64,000 bases of DNA from Bythopirellula sp. (lineage in GTDB: Bacteria; Planctomycetota; Planctomycetia; Pirellulales; Lacipirellulaceae), in the NCBI GenBank assembly GCA_965216565.1, contig OZ244170.1, positions 2,848,001 through 2,912,000 on the forward strand. Reading direction: 5' to 3'. The translations under genes were made by a program, and so were the position numbers. Below the pieces are notes generated by a model. That model was not told the DNA's origin. It ran no database searches and worked only from the letters and a program-made list of their open reading frames with translations. Within the stretch, counting starts at the first letter, position 1. Every line of letters begins with the position of its first letter. Below, in pieces: positions 1 to 10,266 of the stretch.

Positions 1-919
1 AAGTTGGGGTTCCTTCCCCAGCGGAACGCTGCTCGCACCCGGTCAAACAGCGGTCTTCTTCGACATCGACATCACCGAATCTGTTTTTCGTAGTGAATGG
101 TCGGTTCCCACCAATGCACTTGTGGTGGGAATTAGTTGGGCGGGGCTTGCCAACAGCCCAAGTCCGACTGACGAAATCTTGGAGTTGATTGATAACGAGG
201 GTTCGCCGGTCGACCTGGTCAACTACGACGATGCCAATGGCTGGCCCTCCGATTCCCCGGATGGACCTAGTATCTATCTTTCCGACCTGACAACCGACAA
301 CAACGTCGGCACGAATTGGGCCCGATCGCAAGTGGGTGTCGATGCGGCCATCAATCCTTCTGGCCCAACTTTTTCAACTACCGATGTGGGCTCACCCGGA
401 CTGCTACCCCAGTCGGCTGACTTCGATTTTAGCGGCACCGTCGACGGGCTCGACTTCCTGGCCTGGCAAATTGGCTTTGGTACCGCGGCGCCCGCGGCGC
501 TGAAGGTGGATGGTGATGCCGATAGCGACCTCGACGTCGATTCTGCGGACCTCGCATTCTGGGAAACTGATTACGGGACAATCTCGGGCGTTGCGGCACT
601 ATCAGCAGCGATCAGCACTCCGCCGCCTCAACCCGTTACCAGCGCAGTCAGCGGGGCCTTGCTGCCGAGCATTGGTAACGATGTGTTGTTGGCTCTGCCG
701 ATGGCTGCCGAAGCTGAAACTACGGAGCCAGCAGCAGATTCGAATCCGTCTACCTCGGTCTCCTTGAGCGCAACCGATGAGGCTCTCGCAGCAAACTTGA
801 CATCCGCTTCGCCACTTGATGAAGAAATTTCATTGATCCTCGAATCCGATGAAGTGGAAGACGAGAATTCGGACAATGTTTTCGCAGAGTGGGATGAACT
901 GGCGTTGGTTGTTTCCTAG
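1..919 (+). CDS. C-terminal part of a secreted/surface protein (lamin-tail-like domain + dockerin-like Ca-binding repeat + acidic tail); 5' truncated by window
   Basis: Frame is open from position 2 (SWGSFPSGTLLAPGQTAVFF...), typical of lamin-tail domains (GT.L.PG, V.YDD..GWP, W..S...GSPG). Has the dockerin-like pair ADFDFSGTVDGLDFLAWQ / GDADSDLDVDSADLAFWE. Confidence 0.7.
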   Translation, partial: SWGSFPSGTLLAPGQTAVFFDIDITESVFRSEWSVPTNALVVGISWAGLANSPSPTDEILELIDNEGSPVDLVNYDDANGWPSDSPDGPSIYLSDLTTDNNVGTNWARSQVGVDAAINPSGPTFSTTDVGSPGLLPQSADFDFSGTVDGLDFLAWQIGFGTAAPAALKVDGDADSDLDVDSADLAFWETDYGTISGVAALSAAISTPPPQPVTSAVSGALLPSIGNDVLLALPMAAEAETTEPAADSNPSTSVSLSATDEALAANLTSASPLDEEISLILESDEVEDENSDNVFAEWDELALVVS

Positions 920-987
920 ACGAAGCTCGACTATTCTAAATTTAGAATTCAGTTCGCCCGTCGCACCACGCAACATCCTCCCCATTT

Positions 988-1674
988 ATGATCCAAAGCC
1001 CTGCCTATTGTCGGCCTGATGCGTTTGAGATGTTCTCGAACCAATTGCCACACATCGAGGGTGCCGTCGGATTGTTTCGTGCTGCGTTTGCCATTTCGCT
1101 GCACGAGCGACCCGAAGTGCAATTGAGCGAAACCGAGACGGCAATTGAGAATCTTGTCCAGGCGGTGCGCAGCCGTGCCAAGTCGGGCTCGCAACAAGCG
1201 CTATTGGCTCATCTGCACGATGTGTTATTCGACGTGCTCGACCTGGGTGGCAACCGAGAGGACTATTACAACCCGGCCAACAGTTACCTCTCGGAGGTCT
1301 TGCAGTCTCGACGCGGTATCCCTATTTCGCTGGTGCTCGTTTACAAACGAGTTGCCGAACCGCTGGGACTTACTGTTCATGGGGTCAACGCCCCGGGGCA
1401 CTTCCTGGCAGAGGTGGAACTTTCCGGGCCTGCTGGCGTCGAAACTATGTATGTCGACCCTTTTTTTGGCGGGGTTGTTCTCGATCGAGAAGAGATGATG
1501 CTACGTGTTGTCGAGGCAACTGGCAGGCCGCTGAGGCCGGGAACCGATGTGTTCGTCCGTGCTTCTGCCCGTGATTGGCTGAGTCGTATGCTAAACAACC
1601 TGCAAGCATCGTTTGCCGCCGCCGGCAACGAACGCAATGTGTGCGCGATGGAAGAGCTGCGTGGTTTGCTGTAG
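988..1674 (+). CDS. SirB1-like / transglutaminase-like (Transglut_core2) protein
   Basis: Motifs GNREDYYNPANSYLSEVLQSRRGIPISL, GVNAPGHFL, YVDPF, RMLNNL. Confidence 0.85.
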   Translation: MIQSPAYCRPDAFEMFSNQLPHIEGAVGLFRAAFAISLHERPEVQLSETETAIENLVQAVRSRAKSGSQQALLAHLHDVLFDVLDLGGNREDYYNPANSYLSEVLQSRRGIPISLVLVYKRVAEPLGLTVHGVNAPGHFLAEVELSGPAGVETMYVDPFFGGVVLDREEMMLRVVEATGRPLRPGTDVFVRASARDWLSRMLNNLQASFAAAGNERNVCAMEELRGLL

Positions 1675-1846
1675 GTGCTTCTCCAGGCAGATTTACGCCA
1701 GCTGACCACGGATAGTTCGAATACTGGTAGTCTTGTTTTCTGAAGAAGGTTTCTTCGAGTAAAATTTATAAAAGCAACTCTTCTAAATTCGTACCGATTC
1801 GCACAATTCGTGGTCTCCCAAAACCTGAACGAGAAAGACAGTTAGT

Positions 1847-3673
1847 TTGATTCGAGTTTTTCACCTATTACTGTTGAGTTTGTTTGGGATTGTCATGCTG
1901 CTAGTTGATTCGCAGCCGGGCAGTGCCGAGGTTACTGTGTTTTCGAATCGGACTCGTCAGAAACTGGTCGTCACCGTTTTGACCGAGGGCAACTCGGCTG
2001 CGCCCCTGGAACTTGACATCGGCGAATCACGGGCCGTGTTCTATCGCAGCCAACTACGCGTTAGCTACGAAAAGAACGCGGTGGGCAAGAGCGTCGAGGT
2101 TCAGCCCAAAAGCGCGTACTTTTTCACGCGAGGTCCCCAGGGCACCGATACTTTACGGATGGAGCAAATCGGTTTTGGAAAAAACAAACCGCAGGCCAGC
2201 CCACTAGCCCCAGTTCGCCTCGGCAACCAAGAAGACAGAACCACGATCACCGTCAAGATTGTCGTAGATGACGACGAGCCAACGCATCGTCGGATTTGGG
2301 AGGGCAAGCTCCGCAATCGGATCTCCGAGGCATCGGCTTTGCTATCTCGCCATTGTGGAATCAAATTGCAGGTCGTCGCGGTTGAAACGTGGGACTCCGA
2401 CGATCGACAGCACGACTTCCAACGCTCGATGCGGGAGTTCGAGCGCGAAGTGGTCCCCGCTCCCGCTCAGTTGGCGATCGGATTTAGTAGCCAGTACAAA
2501 GTCAACTCCAGCCGTCATCATGTGGGGGGATCGCGGGGCGTGCTCTATCCCTACATCATGCTCAAAGAAAGATCGCCAAAAACACTGGACCGAGAACGCC
2601 TAGAACTATTGCTCCACGAACTGGGCCACTATCTCGGTGCGTCGCACAGCCCCGAACCACAGAGCATCATGCGGCCTTTGCTCACCAGCAGTGTCCAACG
2701 CCAAGCGGGATCGCGTGTGCAGTACGATCCGGTGAACACGCTGCTGATGGCGATGGTGGCCGATGAAATTCGGAATCGAAATATAAAAAGCCTGCCCCAA
2801 GTCTCGCGGCCTACCAAGCTCCGAATGCAAGAGATTTATACAGTGCTTGCCCGGGCGCTCCCAAAGGATCCGGCTGCCGGACAATTCTTGCAAATGCTGG
2901 GGGTTTCCAGTTTACCTGCGAACGTGCACAAGAAAGTGAAAACCCAAGATCGCACGCTCTCGAGGAATGCATCGAGAGTTCTCAATTCAGTAGTGTCCGC
3001 GGTCGAGGCTCGACGACCCAAAGTTGCCGAGGGGGAAGCAGTGCGTTGGTACGAAGGCGACGACTTAACACAGTTCTACGTCCGCCGAGCAGCGTTATCT
3101 GCCCTGCAATTCGATCCAGAGGACTCGGGCCGAGTGTATCTCATCGCTTTAGGCATATTCATGGATCGCCCGGGGGCCCTGCAAAAGCTGCCGGTGACGG
3201 CCCCGCTGGTGAAGGAAGTCGAAGCTGAGCACATACGCAAGCGTCGACTGGAGGTCTTAGGGAAGCCAACAATTCACGACCGCCATGATCTGGCACTGCA
3301 CTTCTTCTTGTCTGCCTATCTCACGGCAACGTTTGGAGCCGACGCCGCTTACAACTTGGGCATTGCCAAGGAATTGTCCGACTCGAACGGCGGCAGTGGG
3401 TTTAGCTTTGCCGATTTGGCGGCGGATCGTGCAGGAGTCGAATTTGCCAAACAAGTCTCGTCGGGGCAAGTTTCTTTGGGCACGCTGAGTGAAAATTTTA
3501 CCGTGTCCGACTACATGCCTTCGATCGATGGCCTGGCGGAGGGAATCCAGCAAGAGGAATTCCAAAAGCAGTTCGGAGACATCAAAGGGGAAGCGTTCAA
3601 AGAGCGGCTTGCCGAAATTGAGCAGCTTGTGCTTGAGCTGCCCGGATATCGGAATCCCACGACGAATAATTAG
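1847..3673 (+). CDS. Secreted zinc metallopeptidase (metzincin, M10/M12-like) with C-terminal helical domain
   Basis: Signal peptide; HELGHYLGASH (HExxHxxGxxH) followed by Met-turn SIMRP. Confidence 0.75.
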   Translation: MIRVFHLLLLSLFGIVMLLVDSQPGSAEVTVFSNRTRQKLVVTVLTEGNSAAPLELDIGESRAVFYRSQLRVSYEKNAVGKSVEVQPKSAYFFTRGPQGTDTLRMEQIGFGKNKPQASPLAPVRLGNQEDRTTITVKIVVDDDEPTHRRIWEGKLRNRISEASALLSRHCGIKLQVVAVETWDSDDRQHDFQRSMREFEREVVPAPAQLAIGFSSQYKVNSSRHHVGGSRGVLYPYIMLKERSPKTLDRERLELLLHELGHYLGASHSPEPQSIMRPLLTSSVQRQAGSRVQYDPVNTLLMAMVADEIRNRNIKSLPQVSRPTKLRMQEIYTVLARALPKDPAAGQFLQMLGVSSLPANVHKKVKTQDRTLSRNASRVLNSVVSAVEARRPKVAEGEAVRWYEGDDLTQFYVRRAALSALQFDPEDSGRVYLIALGIFMDRPGALQKLPVTAPLVKEVEAEHIRKRRLEVLGKPTIHDRHDLALHFFLSAYLTATFGADAAYNLGIAKELSDSNGGSGFSFADLAADRAGVEFAKQVSSGQVSLGTLSENFTVSDYMPSIDGLAEGIQQEEFQKQFGDIKGEAFKERLAEIEQLVLELPGYRNPTTNN

Positions 3674-3920
3674 CCGTCGAATTCTTCGCTCGCCTTGCTT
3701 TTCGCTCCGCTCTTCGCTCGAACCTCGTATGTCACATGCATGGAGATTTTGTATTTCTCCTTGAGTTTCTTTGAGTCTATGTGGCCCCCTGTCTTTGCTT
3801 CGGGTGCTAGCCGATTGTGACTGAGGCCCTGCGTCGATAGAATGAGGGGCTTGCTCCTGGCGAATTTTATCAGCGATAGCAATGACTCACGTGACACGAT
3901 TATCGAAGGACAATTCTTTC

Positions 3921-5360
3921 ATGAGTGGCGACTGCGATTTTGGATTGATCGGGCTAGCCGTAATGGGCGAGAACCTGGCTCTAAATGTAGAGAGTCGTGG
4001 ATATCGCGTTGCAGTCAACAACCGAACCACGTCGAAGGTCGACGAGTTTATGTCGGGTCGCGCCAGCGGCAAGAACTTTGTGGGCTGCCATACGTTAGAT
4101 GAACTAGTCGCGGCCCTGAAGCCACCTCGTAAAGTGATGATGATGGTAAAAGCGGGACCTGCCGTTGACGCATTGATCGAAACTCTCGCACCCCTGCTTT
4201 CACCCGGCGACATACTTATCGACGGCGGCAACACTTTTTACGCAGACACGGAACGCCGCACGAAAGAGGTCGAGGCCAAAGGCCTCTTGTATTGTGGCAC
4301 TGGCGTTTCTGGGGGCGAGGAAGGTGCCCTGTTGGGGCCCAGTATGATGCCTGGTGGCAGCCCCGATAGCTGGGAACCCCTGAAGCCGATCTTTCAATCC
4401 ATCGCCGCCAAGGTTGGTCCCAACAACGACATCCCGTGCTGCGAATGGGTCGGCCCCCGCGGTGCCGGCCATTACGTGAAGATGGTCCACAACGGCATCG
4501 AATATGGCGACATGCAATTGATTTGCGAGGCCTACTTTCTGATGAAAGAAGCTCTGGGCCTCGACAACGATGAACTCTATACGGTGTTTAACGAGTGGAA
4601 TCAGGGCGAGCTCGATAGCTACTTGATCGAAATCACCCGCGACATCTTCAGTGTGAAAGACGAAGAGGCGGGAGGTTACCTAGTCGACAAGATTATGGAC
4701 AAAGCTGGGGCCAAGGGGACTGGCAAATGGATGAGCCAATTGGCTCTCGATTTGGGCGTGCCTAGCACTCTAGTGACCGAAGCCGTGTATGCCCGCGCTC
4801 TATCGGCTGCCAAAGATGCACGTGTTCGCGCGAGCAAGGTTCTCGCAGGTCCGCCAAGTACCTACGATGGCGATCGAAAGCAGTTCATCGATCAAATTCG
4901 GCAAGCGCTTTATGCTTCGAAGATTTGCAGTTATGCGCAGGGATTTGTGCAGCTACAAGCGGCAGCAATCGAGCACGATTGGCCGCTGAACTTTGGCGAC
5001 TGTGCGTTGCTTTGGCGTGGTGGCTGTATCATCCGTGCGGTCTTCCTCGATCGTATTAAGGAGGCCTTCGATGCCGATCCGAAGCTGGAAAACTTGCTGC
5101 TCGCGCCATACTTTCAGAAAGCGGTGGCCGAGGCCCAGGATAGCTGGCGGCATGTAGTGGCGACCGCGGCCAAACTGGGAATTCCCACGCCTGCGTTCTC
5201 CGCAGCGCTGGCCTACTACGATGGCTACCGACGCGAGCGCTTGCCCGCGAATCTACTCCAAGCCCAACGCGATTACTTTGGTGCCCACACCTTCGAGCGA
5301 CTCGATAAAGAGGGCAGCTTCCATGCTGAGTGGCTTGATTTGCGCCGGAAGCCCGAATAG
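3921..5360 (+). CDS. gnd: 6-phosphogluconate dehydrogenase, NADP-dependent, decarboxylating
   Basis: GLAVMGENLA, IDGGN, GVSGGEEGA, KMVHNGIEYGDMQ, KGTGKW, QAQRDYFGAH. Start placed at ATG 3921 behind AAGGA. Confidence 0.97.
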   Translation: MSGDCDFGLIGLAVMGENLALNVESRGYRVAVNNRTTSKVDEFMSGRASGKNFVGCHTLDELVAALKPPRKVMMMVKAGPAVDALIETLAPLLSPGDILIDGGNTFYADTERRTKEVEAKGLLYCGTGVSGGEEGALLGPSMMPGGSPDSWEPLKPIFQSIAAKVGPNNDIPCCEWVGPRGAGHYVKMVHNGIEYGDMQLICEAYFLMKEALGLDNDELYTVFNEWNQGELDSYLIEITRDIFSVKDEEAGGYLVDKIMDKAGAKGTGKWMSQLALDLGVPSTLVTEAVYARALSAAKDARVRASKVLAGPPSTYDGDRKQFIDQIRQALYASKICSYAQGFVQLQAAAIEHDWPLNFGDCALLWRGGCIIRAVFLDRIKEAFDADPKLENLLLAPYFQKAVAEAQDSWRHVVATAAKLGIPTPAFSAALAYYDGYRRERLPANLLQAQRDYFGAHTFERLDKEGSFHAEWLDLRRKPE

Positions 5361-5428
5361 TCGAACGCTACCCTGTTTTTTCGATGCTGCCAGCCTTTAC
5401 GCCTGCCTTGTTTTAGGGAACTCCACTC

Positions 5429-6883
5429 TTGGCCGATACGCTTGTCATCTTCGGTGCCTCGGGCGATCTGACCCAGCGGAAGCTGGTACCCGCCCTTTAT
5501 CAACTGTTCCGCAAAGGTCGGCTGAAAGATGATCTGCGGATCGTAGGTTTCTCCAGGACCGAGTTCAGCCACGAGCAGTGGCGCGAAGAGCTCGCCGGTT
5601 CGACAGAGGAATTCTCTGCGGGGCAATTCGACCGCGAACAGTGGCAAGCGTTTGCACCCAACATTTACTACCATGCGGGTGATATTAGCAAAGCAGAGGA
5701 CTTCCAGTCGCTCTCTAAGTTTCTTGCTGAAATTGAAGGGGGAGAATCTTGCGATCGCGTCTACTACCTGTCCATGGCACCCCGCTTTTACCAGCCAGCA
5801 ATAGAGCAGCTTGGCGCGTCGGGATTAGCATGTGAACAAGATGCCTCGCGGCGGGTGGTCATCGAAAAACCATTCGGCACAGATCTTTCTACCGCTCAAC
5901 AGCTCAACCATGATGTTCATCAGGTGTTCCAGGAACACCAGGTCTATCGCATCGATCACTACTTGGGGAAAGAAACCGTCCAGAATCTTCTCGTGCTTCG
6001 TTTCGGCAACACAATTTTCGAGCCGATCTGGAATCGCAATTACATCGATCACGTTCAAATAACTGTGGCTGAGGAGGTAGACGTCGGCAGTCGCGCGGGG
6101 TATTACGACTCCGCTGGAGTGGTGCGGGACATGATTCAGAATCATCTCCTGCAATTGCTGATGGTCACTGCCATGGAGGCACCCGTTCGCTACGCCGCCG
6201 ATTCGATCCGCAATGAGAAGGTGAAAGTACTGGATGCCATCGAGACTCCGCATGCCGATCAGGTTGCCAGCGATACCTTGCGGGGACAATATCGCGGCTA
6301 TCTAGACGCAGACGGTGTGAGTTCAGGAAGCGAGACGGCCACTTTTGCGGCGCTCAAACTATCGATCAACAACTGGCGCTGGCAGGGCGTGCCCTTCTAC
6401 TTGCGTAGTGGCAAGGCTATGTCTTGCCGGACTACGCAGATTGTCATCCAGTTTCACGCCCCCCCTCATAAGCTGTTTGCCGATAGCCCCCGCGATCTGG
6501 GAGAGGCCAATCGGCTGGTGATTCAAGTCCAGCCTGCCGAAGGGATCCAGATCCACTTTCAAACGAAAGTCCCTGATGCGGGCATGAACATGCGTCAAAC
6601 CGACTTAGATTTCAACTACCAAAGCGAGTTTCGTGGCGTCATGCCCGAAGCATACGAGCGATTGCTCTTGGACGCATTGGAAGGCGATGCGAGCTTGTTT
6701 GCCCGCGCTGACGAAGTGGAATCGGCCTGGCGAATCTGCGACCCCATTCTGCAGGCATGGGAAACAAAGAACGAACCTGAGTTGCTCTACTACGACAAAG
6801 GATTTTGGGGACCAGCCGAAGGAACTGAATGGATGCACGCTCAAGGCCGTCAGTGGTTCGATACCTGCCCCGTTCTTCACTAA
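5429..6883 (+). CDS. zwf: Glucose-6-phosphate 1-dehydrogenase
   Basis: GASGDL, EKPFG, RIDHYLGKE, RDMIQNHLLQ, RWQGVPFYLRSGK. Confidence 0.97.
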   Translation: MADTLVIFGASGDLTQRKLVPALYQLFRKGRLKDDLRIVGFSRTEFSHEQWREELAGSTEEFSAGQFDREQWQAFAPNIYYHAGDISKAEDFQSLSKFLAEIEGGESCDRVYYLSMAPRFYQPAIEQLGASGLACEQDASRRVVIEKPFGTDLSTAQQLNHDVHQVFQEHQVYRIDHYLGKETVQNLLVLRFGNTIFEPIWNRNYIDHVQITVAEEVDVGSRAGYYDSAGVVRDMIQNHLLQLLMVTAMEAPVRYAADSIRNEKVKVLDAIETPHADQVASDTLRGQYRGYLDADGVSSGSETATFAALKLSINNWRWQGVPFYLRSGKAMSCRTTQIVIQFHAPPHKLFADSPRDLGEANRLVIQVQPAEGIQIHFQTKVPDAGMNMRQTDLDFNYQSEFRGVMPEAYERLLLDALEGDASLFARADEVESAWRICDPILQAWETKNEPELLYYDKGFWGPAEGTEWMHAQGRQWFDTCPVLH

Positions 6884-6901
6884 TCCTCGATATTCTCAGC
6901 C

Positions 6902-7864
6902 ATGTCAGAACAATCCCTCGCAGACCAAACTCCCGACGCACCGCCATTGCCCGAGAATATCTCTAGCGTGCAGCCCGGTGGCGGAGTTTGTTATAGCATC
7001 GAGTTGGCTTGGGGACGCTGGCGACGCTGGTATCTCAAAACGTTCCGCAAGGGCTACGTCGCACGGATGGCCGAGGCGAGGCAAGGCGACACGCAGGGTG
7101 CGCCGCACGAAATCCTCGATCCCCGCGATCTGAAATACTGCTCGAATCAGTGCACGGCATATTGGTTGGCTAAGGACGACCCCTTTACTTGGCGCGATCA
7201 TCTACCGCTTACGCGCTGGGGACTGGCCGAGGCGCAGCTCATGGGCTGGCCTTTAGTCGCCTTGATCGTCCTATTCCTTTGGCTAGGACAACCGTGGAGT
7301 TGGTTGGCCCTTGTCCCCGCGGTGCTGTTGGGCCTGATCCTCTACTTCTTCCGAGATCCCCAGCGAGCGATTCCCCAAGAACCGAGTGCGATCGTTTCTC
7401 CGGCCGATGGCACAATCACGGGCGTCGACGAACTTGAGCATTATGATTTTCTGGATGGGCCGGCGCTACAAATCAGCATCTTTTTGTCCATCTTCAATGT
7501 GCACGTCAATCGAGCCCCCCGCTCGGCAAAGGTTGTCGCCATGCACTACAAGCCGGGTGAATTTCTGGATGCCCGCGACCCTGAGAGCGCGATTCGCAAC
7601 GAATTCATGTGGATCGGCATGGAAGATAGCGACCAGCCTGAACGCCGTTTGGCTGTTCGTGCAATTTCTGGTCTGATTGCCCGCCGGATTGTGTGCAAGC
7701 TCATTCCAGGGAGCTCTGTGAAGAGGGGCGAGAAATTTGGTATGATCAAGCTTGGTTCGCGAACCGAACTAATTTTGCCTCGCGACCAAGTGAACGTGAA
7801 TGTTTCTGTTGGAGACAAGGTCCAGGCAGGAAGTACCATTTTGGCCAAGTATCGCCATCCATGA
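6902..7864 (+). CDS. psd: Phosphatidylserine decarboxylase proenzyme
   Basis: FFRDP, SPADG, SIFLSIFNVHVNRAP, self-cleavage motif GMIKLGSR; adjacent to pssA. Confidence 0.92.
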   Translation: MSEQSLADQTPDAPPLPENISSVQPGGGVCYSIELAWGRWRRWYLKTFRKGYVARMAEARQGDTQGAPHEILDPRDLKYCSNQCTAYWLAKDDPFTWRDHLPLTRWGLAEAQLMGWPLVALIVLFLWLGQPWSWLALVPAVLLGLILYFFRDPQRAIPQEPSAIVSPADGTITGVDELEHYDFLDGPALQISIFLSIFNVHVNRAPRSAKVVAMHYKPGEFLDARDPESAIRNEFMWIGMEDSDQPERRLAVRAISGLIARRIVCKLIPGSSVKRGEKFGMIKLGSRTELILPRDQVNVNVSVGDKVQAGSTILAKYRHP

Positions 7865-7894
7865 GCGCCTGGCCGAAGATCGCCAAAGTTTTTT

Positions 7895-8758
7895 ATGCGT
7901 CAAATCCCTGCTGTTTCTGTACTGCCAACTCTCTTTACCTTGGGAAATCTGGTAAGCGGTTTCTTCGCGATAGTGGTTGCTGCCCGTATCGCGACACCCG
8001 ATATGGGAGAAACAGGACCTGCTCCGAAGTTAGATAGTTTTCGAGAAATTATTGGCAGTCTCGATCCGACGCACAATCTGATGCTCTGCGGAGCGCTGAT
8101 TTTTCTCGCAATGCTGTTCGATACATTCGATGGTCAAGTTGCCCGCATGACTCGCACTACCAGTGATTTTGGTGGGCAACTAGACAGCCTCTGCGATTTG
8201 GTCTCGTTCGGAGTTGCTCCGGCGTTTTTACTTGTAAAAATGTGCCCTCAGTTCACGAGTCTACACCGCGAGGCGGTCTGGGCAATTGCTGGACTGTACG
8301 TTTGCTGTGCGGCACTGCGATTGGCCCGCTTTAACGTCGAAACGGACGAGCAAGACGACCACGCGTCGTTTGTGGGACTGCCCTCCCCCGCCGCGGCTGC
8401 GACCATTGCAAGCATGGGAATGTTTTCCTACACCCTACGGAACGAACTCAACTTCGATCTCTACGATGGCTACGACTACTGGCTACAAAGGCTCATGCCA
8501 CCAATCGCGGTAGGTTTGGCCGTGCTGATGGTCTCCCGCATTCCCTACCCCCATTTGGTAACTCAACTCCTCAAGCGTAAGCGAAGTTTTGCCCATGTCG
8601 TTGGGATCGTCTTCCTGCTAATGGGTTTATGGACTGTTCGTTGGTATTCGGTCCCAATTGTTTGCATGATCTATGCCGCCTCGCCACTGCTTCGTTATTG
8701 CTATGTGATGGTAACTCAACGGCCTACAGGACGAACTTCCAGTGAGGAAGCGAGCTAG
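7895..8758 (+). CDS. pssA: CDP-diacylglycerol--serine O-phosphatidyltransferase
   Basis: CDP-alcohol motif DTFDGQVARMTRTTSDFGGQLDSLCDLVSFGVAP; LRLARFN; FVGLPSP. Confidence 0.92.
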   Translation: MRQIPAVSVLPTLFTLGNLVSGFFAIVVAARIATPDMGETGPAPKLDSFREIIGSLDPTHNLMLCGALIFLAMLFDTFDGQVARMTRTTSDFGGQLDSLCDLVSFGVAPAFLLVKMCPQFTSLHREAVWAIAGLYVCCAALRLARFNVETDEQDDHASFVGLPSPAAAATIASMGMFSYTLRNELNFDLYDGYDYWLQRLMPPIAVGLAVLMVSRIPYPHLVTQLLKRKRSFAHVVGIVFLLMGLWTVRWYSVPIVCMIYAASPLLRYCYVMVTQRPTGRTSSEEAS

Positions 8759-8761
8759 TTT

Positions 8762-9364
8762 ATGTTTACCGGTTTAGTGCAAAGTTTGGCGACCGTAGCT
8801 GCTATCGAGCCAGAAGGCCCCGGGGTTCGCCTCACGATCACCGATTCGCTCGCCGCCCATCGCGCTGCAGTGGGAGACAGTATCTCTGTGAACGGCTGCT
8901 GCCTGACGGTGGTCAGTTTGGGCGAGGAAACAGTTGCCTTTGAAGCCGGCCCCGAAACGCTTGACCGCACAACACTAGGCAATTTGCAGGCAGGGGATCC
9001 TTTGAATTTGGAGACATCGCTCAAAGTGGGCGATGAGCTGGGCGGGCACCTAGTCACGGGGCATATCGACGCCGTGGGGACGGTTGATGCGCGTGAAGAT
9101 GAAGACGAGTGGTCGACGTTCTGGATCAAAGTTCCGAATGCCCTCAGCCGGCAAATGGCAAGCAAAGGCTCTGTGGCCGTTGATGGCGTGAGCCTGACCC
9201 TCGTGGATGTCGAGAGAGATCGATTTAGTGTCGCGCTCATTCCACACACGCTGCAGGTTACTACATTGGGTTCTCGGCAAGTGGGCGACCAGGTCAACCT
9301 GGAAACCGACGTCCTAGCCAAGTACGTCGAGCGTCAGCTTGAGTGGAAGGAATCGTCTAAGTGA
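8762..9364 (+). CDS. ribE: Riboflavin synthase (alpha chain)
   Basis: N-terminal MFTGLV, GDSISVNGCCLTV, GGHLVTGHID, KGSVAVDGVSLT, VNLETD. Confidence 0.96.
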   Translation: MFTGLVQSLATVAAIEPEGPGVRLTITDSLAAHRAAVGDSISVNGCCLTVVSLGEETVAFEAGPETLDRTTLGNLQAGDPLNLETSLKVGDELGGHLVTGHIDAVGTVDAREDEDEWSTFWIKVPNALSRQMASKGSVAVDGVSLTLVDVERDRFSVALIPHTLQVTTLGSRQVGDQVNLETDVLAKYVERQLEWKESSK

Positions 9365-10266
9365 ATCGTCAGACTAAATCATTCTTGATGGCTCGCTTTC
9401 GCGAAATGGGGATCACCCCCGCAACTCGCCATGGACAGAATTTTCTGATCGATCTCAACCTACAACAGATTATCGTCAATGCGGCCGAGTTGACCAAAGG
9501 AGATGTCGTACTTGAAGTCGGCACGGGCACTGGGGCCTTGACCGCTTTAATGGCCAAGCAGGCAGCGGCCATGGTGACTGTCGAAATCGATGGGCACCTG
9601 TTTGAACTAGCCAGCGAATTGCTCTTTGACTTCGACAATGTGACCATGCTTCGGCAAGATGCCCTACGCAATAAGAACAACTTTGCACCGGAGGTGCTGG
9701 CGGCTGTCGGCGAACACTTGGCAGCAGGGCCGGACCGAAGATTTAAATTAGTCGCCAACTTGCCCTATAACGTTGCGACGCCGATTATCTCCAACCTGCT
9801 GTCCTGCGAACACGTGCCGCACACAATGGTTGCCACGATTCAAAAAGAACTTGCGGACCGCATCGTGGCCGATCCCTGGTCGAAGGACTATAGCGCATTG
9901 AGCGTTTGGATTCAAAGCCAGGCTGATGCCGAGATCGTGCGGATCATGCCACCCAAAGTGTTTTGGCCCGCCCCCAAAGTAGACTCCGCCATTATTCGGA
10001 TCGTTGTCGACACCGCACGCCGCCAGGCGATTCCAGACCTGCGATACTTCCACCAATTTGTGAAAGCCATATTCATCCACCGGCGTAAATTCCTCCGAGC
10101 CAATGTTGTTAGTGCGATGAAACGCCATCTCTCAAAAGAAGAAGTCGATGCGATCCTCAGAGAAATGCAGTTGAGCCCTGAGGCTCGTACCGAGCAACTT
10201 GATGTTGCCACGATTCTACGGCTTACCGAGTTGGTGCGAGCACAAGCGCCCGACTGGAAACTCTAA
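9361..10266 (+). CDS. rsmA: 16S rRNA m6,2A1518/1519 dimethyltransferase
   Basis: GQNFLID, VLEVGTGTGALT, VEID, VANLPYNV, FWPAPKVDSA. GTG start overlaps the end of ribE. Confidence 0.95.
   Translation: MNRQTKSFLMARFREMGITPATRHGQNFLIDLNLQQIIVNAAELTKGDVVLEVGTGTGALTALMAKQAAAMVTVEIDGHLFELASELLFDFDNVTMLRQDALRNKNNFAPEVLAAVGEHLAAGPDRRFKLVANLPYNVATPIISNLLSCEHVPHTMVATIQKELADRIVADPWSKDYSALSVWIQSQADAEIVRIMPPKVFWPAPKVDSAIIRIVVDTARRQAIPDLRYFHQFVKAIFIHRRKFLRANVVSAMKRHLSKEEVDAILREMQLSPEARTEQLDVATILRLTELVRAQAPDWKL

Noticed and set aside
7861..7900. ATG overlapping the psd stop plus a T6 run before pssA (possible frameshift)
   Set aside because: pssA has a normal N-terminus from ATG 7895; no frameshift is needed.
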